Source of the DNA: Candidatus Latescibacterota bacterium | Lineage (GTDB): Bacteria; Latescibacterota; UBA2968; UBA8231 | Length of the DNA: 64,000 nucleotides | Direction: 5' to 3' | Assembly (NCBI GenBank): GCA_965208105.1 | Contig: OZ242318.1 | Span: forward strand, 480,001-544,000 | Shown here: positions 44,475 to 53,987 of the stretch, piece by piece | Layout of the letters: each line of letters opens with the position of its first letter | Position numbering within the stretch: the first letter of the stretch is position 1 | The notes under the pieces: generated by a model | Told to the model about the DNA's origin: nothing | What the model saw: only the letters and a program-made list of their open reading frames with translations | Database searches by the model: none | Position numbers and translations under genes: made by a program

Positions 44475-46370
44475 ATGCGAATAGCAATCATAGACAGCGG
44501 AATAGATGCGGGACACAAGCGTCTCAAGAATTGCGTGTGCAGCGGCGTTTCGCTGCGGTGCGGCGAAGAAAAACCCACCCTTAGCTACGAATACGGCGAC
44601 TGCCTGGGCCACGGGACCGCCTGTGCGAGCCTCGTGCACAAGGTGGACCCGCAGGCGGAAATAGTGGCGGTGAAGATATTTCACCGCGAGCTATCCGCCA
44701 AAGAGGAGCTACTTTGTGAAGGTATCAGATGGTGTTTGGGCAACGACATCGACGTCATCAACCTGTCCCTCGGAATCCTGACGGATAGCCCCTCGCAAGC
44801 GCTGATCGGCCTGCTCGAAGAGGCCTTTGTGAAAAACGTCGTCGTCGTCTCGGCGGCGCACAACGACTTGAGGCTGGAATGCTACCCGGCGCATTTCCAC
44901 ACCGTGTTCGGCGTGACCTGGGGAAAGGTGGACCATCACTGCTTGTATGGTTATCTGCCCGACTCGGCCATCGAATTCATCGCCAAGGGGACGATACAGC
45001 GGGTCGCATGGAAAGACGGGGGCTATTCCCTATTGAGCGGAACGAGTATGGCCTGTGCCCATTTCACCGGCATCACCGCGGGCGTACTAAGGCAGAGCCC
45101 CTCTATGTCGGTCGGGGAACTCAGGAGCCACCTTATCGGGAAGGCGGACGCGAATATTCGGGCGCTGCAACCTGGCAGCAAAATTCAGGGAGCCTTCCCG
45201 AGGATCATCAGCGGCGATCTGGACGAGGCGGGACGGAGGCTGTTCCGCTGGGAGGAAAAGATGGATTGGCTGGGGGACCTGGCCCTTTTTCCCGCCAGCG
45301 AAAAGGAGATGAGCGGCTTTGTCGAATTTCCCGGCTATTGTACGCAAAAGATAGCGAAGTACATTGACTACCCAAGAAACATGAAGAGGCAGGCCCCAAA
45401 CGGCAGCGGCAAAAGCGATGCTATCAAAACATACGACAAGATGCTGGACGCGGCGGCTTGCGAAGACTTCGACACGATGGTTCTGGGATATTTTTTTGAT
45501 CAACTCTTTGAGGCGAATATCCGCTTCGGCAACGACTTGCTGGCCGTGTGCATGGAGGCCCAAAAGAACCTCTACGTGTACGACCCCAGGTTGAAAGCTC
45601 ATATCGATAGCCTGAACGGAAGTGCCAAGCCTTTGTTTCGGCTGTATATGCCGGAGGTCAATGGCCGGTTGCACGACCGTGTCATGCAGTTTCGCCATCT
45701 GCCCAGGGTACGGGTGCCCGTCATGGCAGTGATGGGCACGAGCAACCGCCAGGGGAAGTTCACCGCGCAACTCCGGCTCAAAGACATCCTCAACAGAGAG
45801 GAATACAAAGTCTGCCACCTATCCACTGAGCCCCAGGGTGAGTTGTTCGGGGCGGATTTCAGTTTTCCCTATGGCTATAACGGGACAGTTTCCATCCACC
45901 GCAAAAAGTGGTCGATGTTCCTCCGCACCCTGCTCAAAGCCGTCCAGGAATACAACAGACCCCATATCATCCTGACCGGGACACAAGGCATGACGATTCC
46001 CCGGGCACCCAACCAAGCCCCGCTGGGAAATGAATGCGACAGCCTGGAATTCATGTACGGTGTCCATCCTGATGCTTTAGTTTGCGCCATAAATCCCCAG
46101 GATTCCATCGAACTGGTCGTCGACGCGTGCCAGGCGGCCCGGATATTCTGCGGGGCGGAACCCTTGTTTTTCATCATGACTCCCTGGATGAGAGACTACA
46201 CGCGCGCCGGCAACGGCCGCATGGTACGCCATCACCGATACCTGCATAAGGAAGAGATGGCGGAGAAAATGAACCATTTCCAGGAGGTATTGCACAAGCC
46301 GGTCATCGATATCATGGATTTGAACAATGACAAGCTAATCTTGGACGCCATCCAGGATTTCTTTTCGTGA
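44475..46370 (+). CDS. S8 subtilisin-like peptidase fused to DUF1611-like P-loop domain
   Basis: Triad IIDSG, HGTACA, GTSMA; C-terminal VMGTSNRQGKFT, STEPQG, LTGTQG; no signal peptide. Confidence 0.85.
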   Translation: MRIAIIDSGIDAGHKRLKNCVCSGVSLRCGEEKPTLSYEYGDCLGHGTACASLVHKVDPQAEIVAVKIFHRELSAKEELLCEGIRWCLGNDIDVINLSLGILTDSPSQALIGLLEEAFVKNVVVVSAAHNDLRLECYPAHFHTVFGVTWGKVDHHCLYGYLPDSAIEFIAKGTIQRVAWKDGGYSLLSGTSMACAHFTGITAGVLRQSPSMSVGELRSHLIGKADANIRALQPGSKIQGAFPRIISGDLDEAGRRLFRWEEKMDWLGDLALFPASEKEMSGFVEFPGYCTQKIAKYIDYPRNMKRQAPNGSGKSDAIKTYDKMLDAAACEDFDTMVLGYFFDQLFEANIRFGNDLLAVCMEAQKNLYVYDPRLKAHIDSLNGSAKPLFRLYMPEVNGRLHDRVMQFRHLPRVRVPVMAVMGTSNRQGKFTAQLRLKDILNREEYKVCHLSTEPQGELFGADFSFPYGYNGTVSIHRKKWSMFLRTLLKAVQEYNRPHIILTGTQGMTIPRAPNQAPLGNECDSLEFMYGVHPDALVCAINPQDSIELVVDACQAARIFCGAEPLFFIMTPWMRDYTRAGNGRMVRHHRYLHKEEMAEKMNHFQEVLHKPVIDIMDLNNDKLILDAIQDFFS

Positions 46371-46390
46371 ACGGGCGTGAGGACGGCACC

Positions 46391-46684
46391 ATGAGAGAAG
46401 CTATCGAGCAGCGATTGTACGAACTGATAGGGACGTTTGGAGACCAACCGATCAACTGCTCTGTTGAGAGCGAAGTGCGAAGGATGCTCCATATCATCTT
46501 GAGCGAGTCCATACAAGCGATGGAATTCGTCATCGCCATTGAGAACGAATTCGAGATCGAGTTCGACGACGAAGACATCTCCATCCAATTCTTCCTCGAC
46601 CCGGATCATATCATCCAATCCGTGCTGAGAGGTCTGGCGCGGAAGGAGGCGGATGGCCTAACATCATCAAGTGCTGTCACCTGA
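46391..46684 (+). CDS. Acyl carrier protein-like
   Basis: Small acidic protein with SESIQAMEFVIAIENEFEIEFDDEDI (DSL-type motif appears as ESI). Confidence 0.75.
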   Translation: MREAIEQRLYELIGTFGDQPINCSVESEVRRMLHIILSESIQAMEFVIAIENEFEIEFDDEDISIQFFLDPDHIIQSVLRGLARKEADGLTSSSAVT

Positions 46685-46695
46685 GGAGGTCTGCC

Positions 46696-48096
46696 ATGTT
46701 CAAGACCATTCTGTTCAAGGAAATCAAGGGCCAATTAGGCACGGTGACATTCGCCGTCTGGATGGGCGTCTCGTGCTTTCTGGTCTGGATGGCCCTGGAG
46801 AGCGGTTATTCGAGATACGAGCACAAGCATCAGCAATACCTCGATATGGACAGGGTGGTCAAAGACGGCCTCAGCAAAGAATACGACGTCAACAAGGCGG
46901 AAGAGGAGCTCTTCCGGGTTTTGCGGCAGCCGTCGGTGTTGAGCGCAGTTGTCTACGGGCTGGAAGGCAAGATGCCGATCTATATGAGTGTCAATCCCAA
47001 CGGCGTACGCTCCGGTTCGGGGTCAGGCACGGAAGAATCCGTATTGAGCCTGTTCGGGGAGCTGGATTTTCTCCTGGTCATCGAGCTGATTCTCGGGCTG
47101 ATGGCCGTGGTGCAGGCGGCCAGTCTGGTGTCTTCGGAGAGGGAAAACGGCACTCTGAAGCTGATATTGGCCAACCCGGTTTCCCGCAGCACCGTCTTGC
47201 TGGGCAAGTGTATGGGCGGATACGCTGTCGTCGCCTTCGTCTTTGTGTTTTCCTCCTTTATCGGGTTTTTGCTTCTCTCGATCAGGGGGTTTCCACTTTT
47301 CGAGTCGGACGTGCTCGCGCCGATACTCCTGATCTTGGCCGGGAGCCTGGTCTATTTGCTGTGCATCTTTCTGGTGGGGATGGTCGGTTCTATCCTGTTC
47401 CTGAACACTCAAACGGCCTTGATATTGAGCGTGTCGATCTGGGCCGCGCTGTCTTTTCTCGTTCCCAAAAGCGCCCGGATCGCGGCCGAGTTGATCCGCC
47501 CGGTAGAGGACGAGCGGACGGTTTACTTGCGTCAGAAGCACGCCCGTGAAGACCTGATCAGGGCCCAGCATGAGGAAATGAGCGAGAATTACCGCCAGGA
47601 GTTGACTCCAGAATGGCTGATGGCCAACTTCGCGACCTTGGCAGAGGAAGGCGCGGCAGTTTGGAAGAAATACAGCGACCGGATCTCCAAAGACCTGACC
47701 ACCATCGCCGAGGACCACCACCGGGAGAAGAAAGCGCAGGAATCTCTGGGTAAGGTGCTGTCCCGGGTATCCCCCGCGGGCAGTTTCCGGCTGCTCTTGG
47801 CGAATTTGTCCGGTACGGGCGACCAGGTGAAGTGGGAATTACTGCAAGTGGCCTGGAACTACCAGAAAACGGTCAATGACAAGGTCTTCGCCAAAAAACC
47901 CTTGATCGCTGTCCAGAATATGAGTTTCCCCCATGATATGGGTACAGAGGATCCGCCGCCCCCACCTCTGGTCATGGCGCCGCCCCTCGGCAGTGTCTTG
48001 ACCGAATCCGCGCTAGACACAGCCTTATTATGCGTCTATGCCGTCATGTTGTTCATGCTGGCCTATATGCTGTTCCTGCGGCGCTCTATCGTGTAA
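46696..48096 (+). CDS. ABC-2-type permease, paralogue 1
   Basis: GAGGAGG RBS, SSERENGTLKLILANPVSRSTVLLGK. Confidence 0.88.
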   Translation: MFKTILFKEIKGQLGTVTFAVWMGVSCFLVWMALESGYSRYEHKHQQYLDMDRVVKDGLSKEYDVNKAEEELFRVLRQPSVLSAVVYGLEGKMPIYMSVNPNGVRSGSGSGTEESVLSLFGELDFLLVIELILGLMAVVQAASLVSSERENGTLKLILANPVSRSTVLLGKCMGGYAVVAFVFVFSSFIGFLLLSIRGFPLFESDVLAPILLILAGSLVYLLCIFLVGMVGSILFLNTQTALILSVSIWAALSFLVPKSARIAAELIRPVEDERTVYLRQKHAREDLIRAQHEEMSENYRQELTPEWLMANFATLAEEGAAVWKKYSDRISKDLTTIAEDHHREKKAQESLGKVLSRVSPAGSFRLLLANLSGTGDQVKWELLQVAWNYQKTVNDKVFAKKPLIAVQNMSFPHDMGTEDPPPPPLVMAPPLGSVLTESALDTALLCVYAVMLFMLAYMLFLRRSIV

Positions 48097-48112
48097 TAGA
48101 GGAGTCATCCCC

Positions 48113-49516
48113 ATGTTCAAGACTATTCTGTTCAAGGAAATCAAGGGCCATTTAGGCACGGTGACATTCGCCGTCTGGATGGGCGTCTCGTGCCTGGTGG
48201 TATGGATGGCTCTGGAGAGCGGCTATTCGAGATACGAGCACAAGCATCAGCAATACCTCGATCAGGAACGAGAGGCGAAAAAAAGCCTCAGTAAAGAATA
48301 CTTTGCGTTCTGGCCGGAAGAGGAAATATTCCGGGTGCTGCGCCAGCCGTCGGTGTTGAGCACCATCGTCTATGGGCTTGAAGGTGAGCTGCCGGTTTAT
48401 CTGAGCGTCAACCCCAACGGCGTCCGGTCCGGTTCGAAGGGGATGGGTGGAGCTATGTCGCGCCTGTTGGGAGAGCTGGATTTTCTCCTGGTCATCGAGA
48501 TGGTGTTCGGGCTGATGGCCGTCGTGCTGGCGGCCACTCTGGTGTCGTCGGAGGGAGAAAACGGGACGCTCAAGCTGATATTGGCCAACCCGGTCTCCCG
48601 CAGCACGGTCTTGTTGGGGAAGGGGCTGGGCGCCTTCGCCATCATCGCCTTTGTCTTTGTGTTTTCCACTTTTATCGGGCTTTTGTTCCTGTCGGTGAAG
48701 GGGTTTCCCCTCCTCGAACGGGAGGTGCTCGCGTCACTGCTCGTGATTGTGGCGGGAAGTCTGGTTTATTTGCTGTGCGTTTTCCTGGTGGGGATGATCT
48801 GCTCCATCCTGTTTTTGAACACCCGGGTGGCCTTGGTGCTGAGCGTCTTGCTGTGGGCGGTGCTGTCTTTTCTGCTGCCCAAAAGCGCCGGGACTGCGGC
48901 GGAGTTGATGCGCCCGGCAGAAGACGGTTGGACCGTTTACTTGCGTCAGAAATCCGCCCGTGAAGCCCATCTCAAGGCCCACCACGAGGAAGTGAACAAG
49001 CATTACCCCCATCTGGGTCCAGCCCCGGACTCGAGGGATCTGGACTACCCAGGGATTACGGAGACTGCCGTAGCGGCTTGGGGGAAGTACAGCGACCGGA
49101 TCGCCAAAGAAGTGACCACCATCGCCGAGGATCACAATCGCAACAAGCAAGCCCAGGAAGCCCTGGGGAAGGTGCTGTCCCGGCTATCCCCCGCAAGCAG
49201 TCTCCGCCTGCTGTTGGCCAATGTGGCCGGCACGGGCGACCAGGTGAAGCGCAACTTCCTGCAAGCGGCCTGGAACTATCAGAATACGGTTGACGACAAA
49301 GTCTTCTCAAAAAGAATCCATATCACTATCAGGAAGAATCAGGGTTGGCCCTGGGACATGGGTGCAGAGCGACCGCCGCCCCTGCCCCCGCTCCTGCCGC
49401 CGTCTCTCGAGAGTGTCTTGGTGGAGTCGGCGTTAGAAATCGCTTTATTGTTCGTCTATTCCGTCTTCCTGTTCATGCTGGCCTATATGCTTTTCATTCG
49501 TCGATCCATCGCGTAG
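48113..49516 (+). CDS. ABC-2-type permease, paralogue 2
   Basis: AGGAG RBS, MFKTILFKE start, same motifs. Confidence 0.88.
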   Translation: MFKTILFKEIKGHLGTVTFAVWMGVSCLVVWMALESGYSRYEHKHQQYLDQEREAKKSLSKEYFAFWPEEEIFRVLRQPSVLSTIVYGLEGELPVYLSVNPNGVRSGSKGMGGAMSRLLGELDFLLVIEMVFGLMAVVLAATLVSSEGENGTLKLILANPVSRSTVLLGKGLGAFAIIAFVFVFSTFIGLLFLSVKGFPLLEREVLASLLVIVAGSLVYLLCVFLVGMICSILFLNTRVALVLSVLLWAVLSFLLPKSAGTAAELMRPAEDGWTVYLRQKSAREAHLKAHHEEVNKHYPHLGPAPDSRDLDYPGITETAVAAWGKYSDRIAKEVTTIAEDHNRNKQAQEALGKVLSRLSPASSLRLLLANVAGTGDQVKRNFLQAAWNYQNTVDDKVFSKRIHITIRKNQGWPWDMGAERPPPLPPLLPPSLESVLVESALEIALLFVYSVFLFMLAYMLFIRRSIA

Positions 49517-49531
49517 TAATGGAGTCTTATC

Positions 49532-50959
49532 ATGTTCAAGACCATTATGTTCACGGAAATCAGGAGTCGCTTGGGCACGGTAACTTTCTCCCTGTGGCTG
49601 GGCGTCTCGTGCTTGGTGGTATGGATGGCTCTCGAGAGCGGCTACTCGAGATACGAGCACAAGCATCAGCAGTACCTCGATCTGAAACGGGCGGCCCAAG
49701 ATGGCCTCAGCAAAGCATACATGCCGGTCGTAGCGGAAGAGGACATATTCCGGGTTCTGCGTGAGCTCTCCGTGTTGAGTGCCATCGTCTACGGGCTGGA
49801 AGGCGAGATGCCGGTCTATATGAGCGTCAATCCCAACGGCGTACAGCCCGGGGCGGGGATAGCGGATAAATCCTTGTTGGACCTGTTGGGAGAGTTGGAT
49901 TTTCTCCTGGTCATCGAGCTGATTCTCGGGTTGATGGCCGTGGTGCAGGCAGCCACTCTGGTGTCGTCGGAAGAGGGAAACGGGACGCTCAAACTGATGT
50001 TGGCCAACCCGGTCTCTCGCAGCACCGTCCTGTTGGGGAAGGGGCTGGGCGCCTTCGCCGTCATCGCCTTCACCCTTTTGTTTTCCACCCTTTTCGGACT
50101 TTTTTTGCTCTCGGTCCGGGGATTTCCGCTCTTCGAGGCAGCGGTGCTCGCGCCGATACTCTTGATCTTGACGGGGAGCCTGGTCTATCTGCTCGTCATC
50201 TTTCTGATCGGGCTGACCTGCTCTATTCTGTTTCTGAATTCCCAGGTAGCTTTGATCCTGAGTGTCTCGCTCTGGGCTGCGCTGTCTTTTCTCGTGCCCC
50301 AAAGCGCCTGGACTACGGCGGAGTTGATCCGCCCGGCAGAGAACGAGCGGACGGTTTATGTGCGGCAGAAATACGCCCGCGAAGCCCATCTCAATGCCTA
50401 CCACGAGGAATTGAACAAGCGTTACCCCCACCTGCAACCTGACGCAGAGGGCAATGCGGACTGGTCGGGGGTCAACCAGACCGAGTTGACGAAGGACGCG
50501 GTGGCGGTTTGGGCGAAATACAGCGACCGGATCGCCAAAGAAGTGACCACCATCGCCGAGAACTACCACCGGAACAAGCAAGCGCAGGAAGCCCTCGGTA
50601 GGGTGCTGTCCCGGGTCTCCCCCACCGGCAGTTTCCGCCTACTCTTGGCCAACCTGGCCGGTACGGGCAACCAGGTGAGGTGGAAATTCTTGCAAGCGGC
50701 CTGGGACTACCAGAATATGGCAAACGATAAAGTCTTCTCAAAAGATCCCATGATCACTATCGGACCCTCGAGTTGGTGGCCCAGTATTATGCGGGGTGCA
50801 GATAACCCTCCTCCCCCACCTCCCCCACCACCGGTCATGGTTCCGTCCCTCGGCAGCGTCTTGACAGAGTCGGCCTTGGACATGGCCATGCTGTTCATTT
50901 ACGCCGTCGTGCTCTTCATGTTGGCGTATTCGCTGTTCATGCGTCGGTCCATTGTATAG
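49532..50959 (+). CDS. ABC-2-type permease, paralogue 3
   Basis: Same motifs, poly-Pro tract near the C-terminus. Confidence 0.88.
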   Translation: MFKTIMFTEIRSRLGTVTFSLWLGVSCLVVWMALESGYSRYEHKHQQYLDLKRAAQDGLSKAYMPVVAEEDIFRVLRELSVLSAIVYGLEGEMPVYMSVNPNGVQPGAGIADKSLLDLLGELDFLLVIELILGLMAVVQAATLVSSEEGNGTLKLMLANPVSRSTVLLGKGLGAFAVIAFTLLFSTLFGLFLLSVRGFPLFEAAVLAPILLILTGSLVYLLVIFLIGLTCSILFLNSQVALILSVSLWAALSFLVPQSAWTTAELIRPAENERTVYVRQKYAREAHLNAYHEELNKRYPHLQPDAEGNADWSGVNQTELTKDAVAVWAKYSDRIAKEVTTIAENYHRNKQAQEALGRVLSRVSPTGSFRLLLANLAGTGNQVRWKFLQAAWDYQNMANDKVFSKDPMITIGPSSWWPSIMRGADNPPPPPPPPPVMVPSLGSVLTESALDMAMLFIYAVVLFMLAYSLFMRRSIV

Positions 50960-50996
50960 TCCGCCGCTCCCATTGCATGAGGATGAGTTGAGAGTT

Positions 50997-52745
50997 ATGA
51001 AACGCGTTCCTGACTCGGAACCTGGGATGATCAGAGCTACACTGAAGAGAATCGGATTATACCGCGCAATTATGGCCAACGGACTGAATATATTGCTTCT
51101 GTGTATTATCGCCGCGGCAGTGGTAACGTTGACCATAGCCAAGCCCATCGTGTTTTCCAGGATAATTGACAAGGGAATCCTCAGTGAGGACTGGAGCGTG
51201 GTCCGCTCGCACTGCGTCTACTTCCTCATTATTGCATTGGGCTTGAGTCTTTTCGGGTTAGCTCACTCTTTAGTCGCGTCGGTAATACACAACAAAATAT
51301 CCTTGATAATCAAACAGGTTCTCCTGGAACGGATCTTTCTCCTGGACGCCGGATTCTTCCACACGAACAAGACCGGAGACGTCATTACCAAGCTGGACAA
51401 CGACGTATCGAGCATCCAGACCTACATCATGTCGGTCCTGAACGCCTCCATGAACAATTTTATCAGCTTTCTAGGGGCGATGATCTATATCGGCTACGTG
51501 CAATGGAGGATGTTGATCGTCGGGTTCCTGGTGACCCCGTTTGTGGGTCTGGCCATTTACGCGTTCCGCAACGTGTTATACTCCAAGGACAAGAAGACCC
51601 GGGAGCGGAAGTCCGACGTAAATGACGCGATAATAAACGCCGTCGACCATCAGCTTTACCTGAGGAAGGTCGGATTGGACTCGAGATCGCTGTCGAAGTG
51701 CAAATGGACCTTGGACCAGTACCGGGTCGCATCCATCTTTTACGACCTATGGCGCGGCGGCAGCGGGTCGCTAAACAACCTCCTCCTTGCCGTCGGCTAT
51801 ATTGTTACCATCGGCTACGGTTCGTGGCTGGTCTTCAAAGGCATGCTCAGCGTCGGCAATCTTTTCGCATTTCTAACCCTGCGCACCATGTTCCTTGCCC
51901 CGCTGACGGTCTTCAAGGAAATCTACAGTGGGTACTTTTCGACTAAATCCGCATTCAAGCGCCTGGACGATTTCTTCTGCCATCGGATCGAGAAGGGTCT
52001 GGAACGCATGGACAACTCGAAACCCGAATCGTTTGGAGAGATCTGTTTGAGCAACGTATCGTTTGCCTATCCAGGGCAACACTGTCTGTTGAACCACATT
52101 GACGTTGAATTCGGCAGGGGCTGGAATATCCTGGCGGGTAGAAACGGTGCGGGGAAATCGTCATTGATCGACCTGCTCATGAAGATTTCGTCTCCAAGGG
52201 AGGGGCGCATCTTGGTCGACGGCGTAGATATTGGCTCGCTCAACAATCAGTCATGGAGGTCCAACATCAGTGCCATGCCTCAAACCACGTACTTGTTCAA
52301 AGGGTCGTTGCGGGAGAACATTCGCCTGTATGACGAGGGCATAACCGACGGTCGAATTCAGGCCGTGCTGAACCGCCTGAGCTTCGATTTCGATCCCGAA
52401 AAGCTACCAGCAGGGCTCGATACGAACATTATGGAGGGAGGGACCAATTTTTCTGGGGGCCAGCGCCAAAAAATCGCGATCGCCAGGACCGCCCTCAAAG
52501 ACACCCCTATCTACATCTTCGATGAACCCCTGTCCAGTCTGGATATGCGTTCGCGCGGCCTGGCCTTGGAGTACTTAAAAAAGGCGCTCAAAGGCAAGAT
52601 CGTCCTAATCGTTTCACACGATGACATGGGCGAATATACGGATCGGGAGTACAGAATGAAAGACGGGGCCATCGTGACCACCGCCGCAAACGGGTTGGAT
52701 CGTGTTCCAGAGGAGGGTTCCAATACTTTGCATATATCAGTCTGA
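50997..52745 (+). CDS. ABC exporter, fused permease/ATPase without C39 domain
   Basis: TM domain, GRNGAGKSS, FSGGQRQK, IFDEP; start uncertain. Confidence 0.88.
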   Translation: MKRVPDSEPGMIRATLKRIGLYRAIMANGLNILLLCIIAAAVVTLTIAKPIVFSRIIDKGILSEDWSVVRSHCVYFLIIALGLSLFGLAHSLVASVIHNKISLIIKQVLLERIFLLDAGFFHTNKTGDVITKLDNDVSSIQTYIMSVLNASMNNFISFLGAMIYIGYVQWRMLIVGFLVTPFVGLAIYAFRNVLYSKDKKTRERKSDVNDAIINAVDHQLYLRKVGLDSRSLSKCKWTLDQYRVASIFYDLWRGGSGSLNNLLLAVGYIVTIGYGSWLVFKGMLSVGNLFAFLTLRTMFLAPLTVFKEIYSGYFSTKSAFKRLDDFFCHRIEKGLERMDNSKPESFGEICLSNVSFAYPGQHCLLNHIDVEFGRGWNILAGRNGAGKSSLIDLLMKISSPREGRILVDGVDIGSLNNQSWRSNISAMPQTTYLFKGSLRENIRLYDEGITDGRIQAVLNRLSFDFDPEKLPAGLDTNIMEGGTNFSGGQRQKIAIARTALKDTPIYIFDEPLSSLDMRSRGLALEYLKKALKGKIVLIVSHDDMGEYTDREYRMKDGAIVTTAANGLDRVPEEGSNTLHISV

Positions 52746-52753
52746 TATTCAGA

Positions 52754-53812
52754 ATGAGCTACCAGATGTCGACTAAAGAGTTATACTTACCGCTCAATCC
52801 CAATCCTCCGATTAGAGTCTATCTGCATCATGCCTACCCTCTGTCAATTTTATCAAGTACCGAAGAGTATTTGCCCTGGTTCCGAAGCAACTTTGTTCAA
52901 CTGTATAGCGGGGGTCCCGATCATATCGATTTCCTCGTACCCATGCTTACACACGCAGACCATCCTCAGATCTACTATTCTCCTCTTCTGAACGTGGTTC
53001 GGCTCAATAGAAAAATCGTCGATTTGATAAATGCCGATTCTGAAATCTGGAGATTCATTGTCGACTGTATAACAGAGGGCTTCTACGTCGATATCGAGGT
53101 TGATGAATATCACGTTCCTTTTACTCGCGCATTCCATAATTTTCATACTGGACATTCTCTTCTGATTCATGGCTACAATACTGCTCAGGAAAAATTCAGT
53201 GCCATCGGTTACGATCGAAACGGCAAATACGGCATCCAGCTTGTCGATTTTGCCAGCACACTCAAAGCTTACGGTAGCCGGGAAAGTAAAAATCACATGG
53301 CAATAGTGTCTCATGCTTTAAGACAGAAAACGGGCCGCGATAGCAACATCCAGTGCGAATTCACGCTCGAGTTGGTGGTTGACATGCTCAAGGACTACAT
53401 CCACTCAATCAACACGCTTGACCGGTTGAAGTTGGTTTTGAGATCGAACTATAGATCGAATTCCCTGCGTTTTGGAATTGAGGCCGTCAGAAAATTGCGA
53501 TTTGAACCTAGTGCGGCGAATGCGCCTTTGGATCTGCGTCCTTCTCACTGTCTCTGGGAGCATAAGAAATGTATGGCCGAGAGGGTTCAGTACCTGGTAG
53601 AAAACGGATATTTGGACAAGGTTGGAAATTTGGTATTTGAGTTCGGAAAAATTGCTAAAATGGCGGAATCACTCAGGCTGCTGGCAATCAAGTACAACTT
53701 GCAGAAACAACGAAAAATACTCCATAAAATGGACAACCTGAGAAACAAAATAGTTGAGGGTGAGAAATTCCTCATAAAAAATTTACTGGACCGACTACCG
53801 TCATGCCCATGA
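52754..53812 (+). CDS. BtrH-like/papain-fold hypothetical protein (possible acyltransferase)
   Basis: VDEYHVP...HSLLIHGYN pattern typical of BtrH_N/C39-like folds; low GC; family call from motif only. Confidence 0.55.
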   Translation: MSYQMSTKELYLPLNPNPPIRVYLHHAYPLSILSSTEEYLPWFRSNFVQLYSGGPDHIDFLVPMLTHADHPQIYYSPLLNVVRLNRKIVDLINADSEIWRFIVDCITEGFYVDIEVDEYHVPFTRAFHNFHTGHSLLIHGYNTAQEKFSAIGYDRNGKYGIQLVDFASTLKAYGSRESKNHMAIVSHALRQKTGRDSNIQCEFTLELVVDMLKDYIHSINTLDRLKLVLRSNYRSNSLRFGIEAVRKLRFEPSAANAPLDLRPSHCLWEHKKCMAERVQYLVENGYLDKVGNLVFEFGKIAKMAESLRLLAIKYNLQKQRKILHKMDNLRNKIVEGEKFLIKNLLDRLPSCP

Positions 53813-53913
53813 ATAGCTTTACCAATTTGCAAAAAATTCATAAGACAGTCCGTTCGCGACCCGTAACCTGATGCCGGCGGCGCTTCCGATCCTTTAACCG
53901 GAAAGGCCGCTCC

Positions 53914-53987
53914 GCCGCAACATCAGTTTTCCGAAGGCAAAATCAGGTGTTCGCCCGATTGAGAAGCACCGTTGCCGTCGCTATGTT
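53914..53987 (+). promoter_or_regulatory. Repeated promoter module, copy 3
   Basis: GCCGCAACATCAGTTTTCCGAAGGCAAAATCAGGTGTTCGCCCGATTGAGAAGCACCGT...TATGTT, closest to copy 1. Confidence 0.72.
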
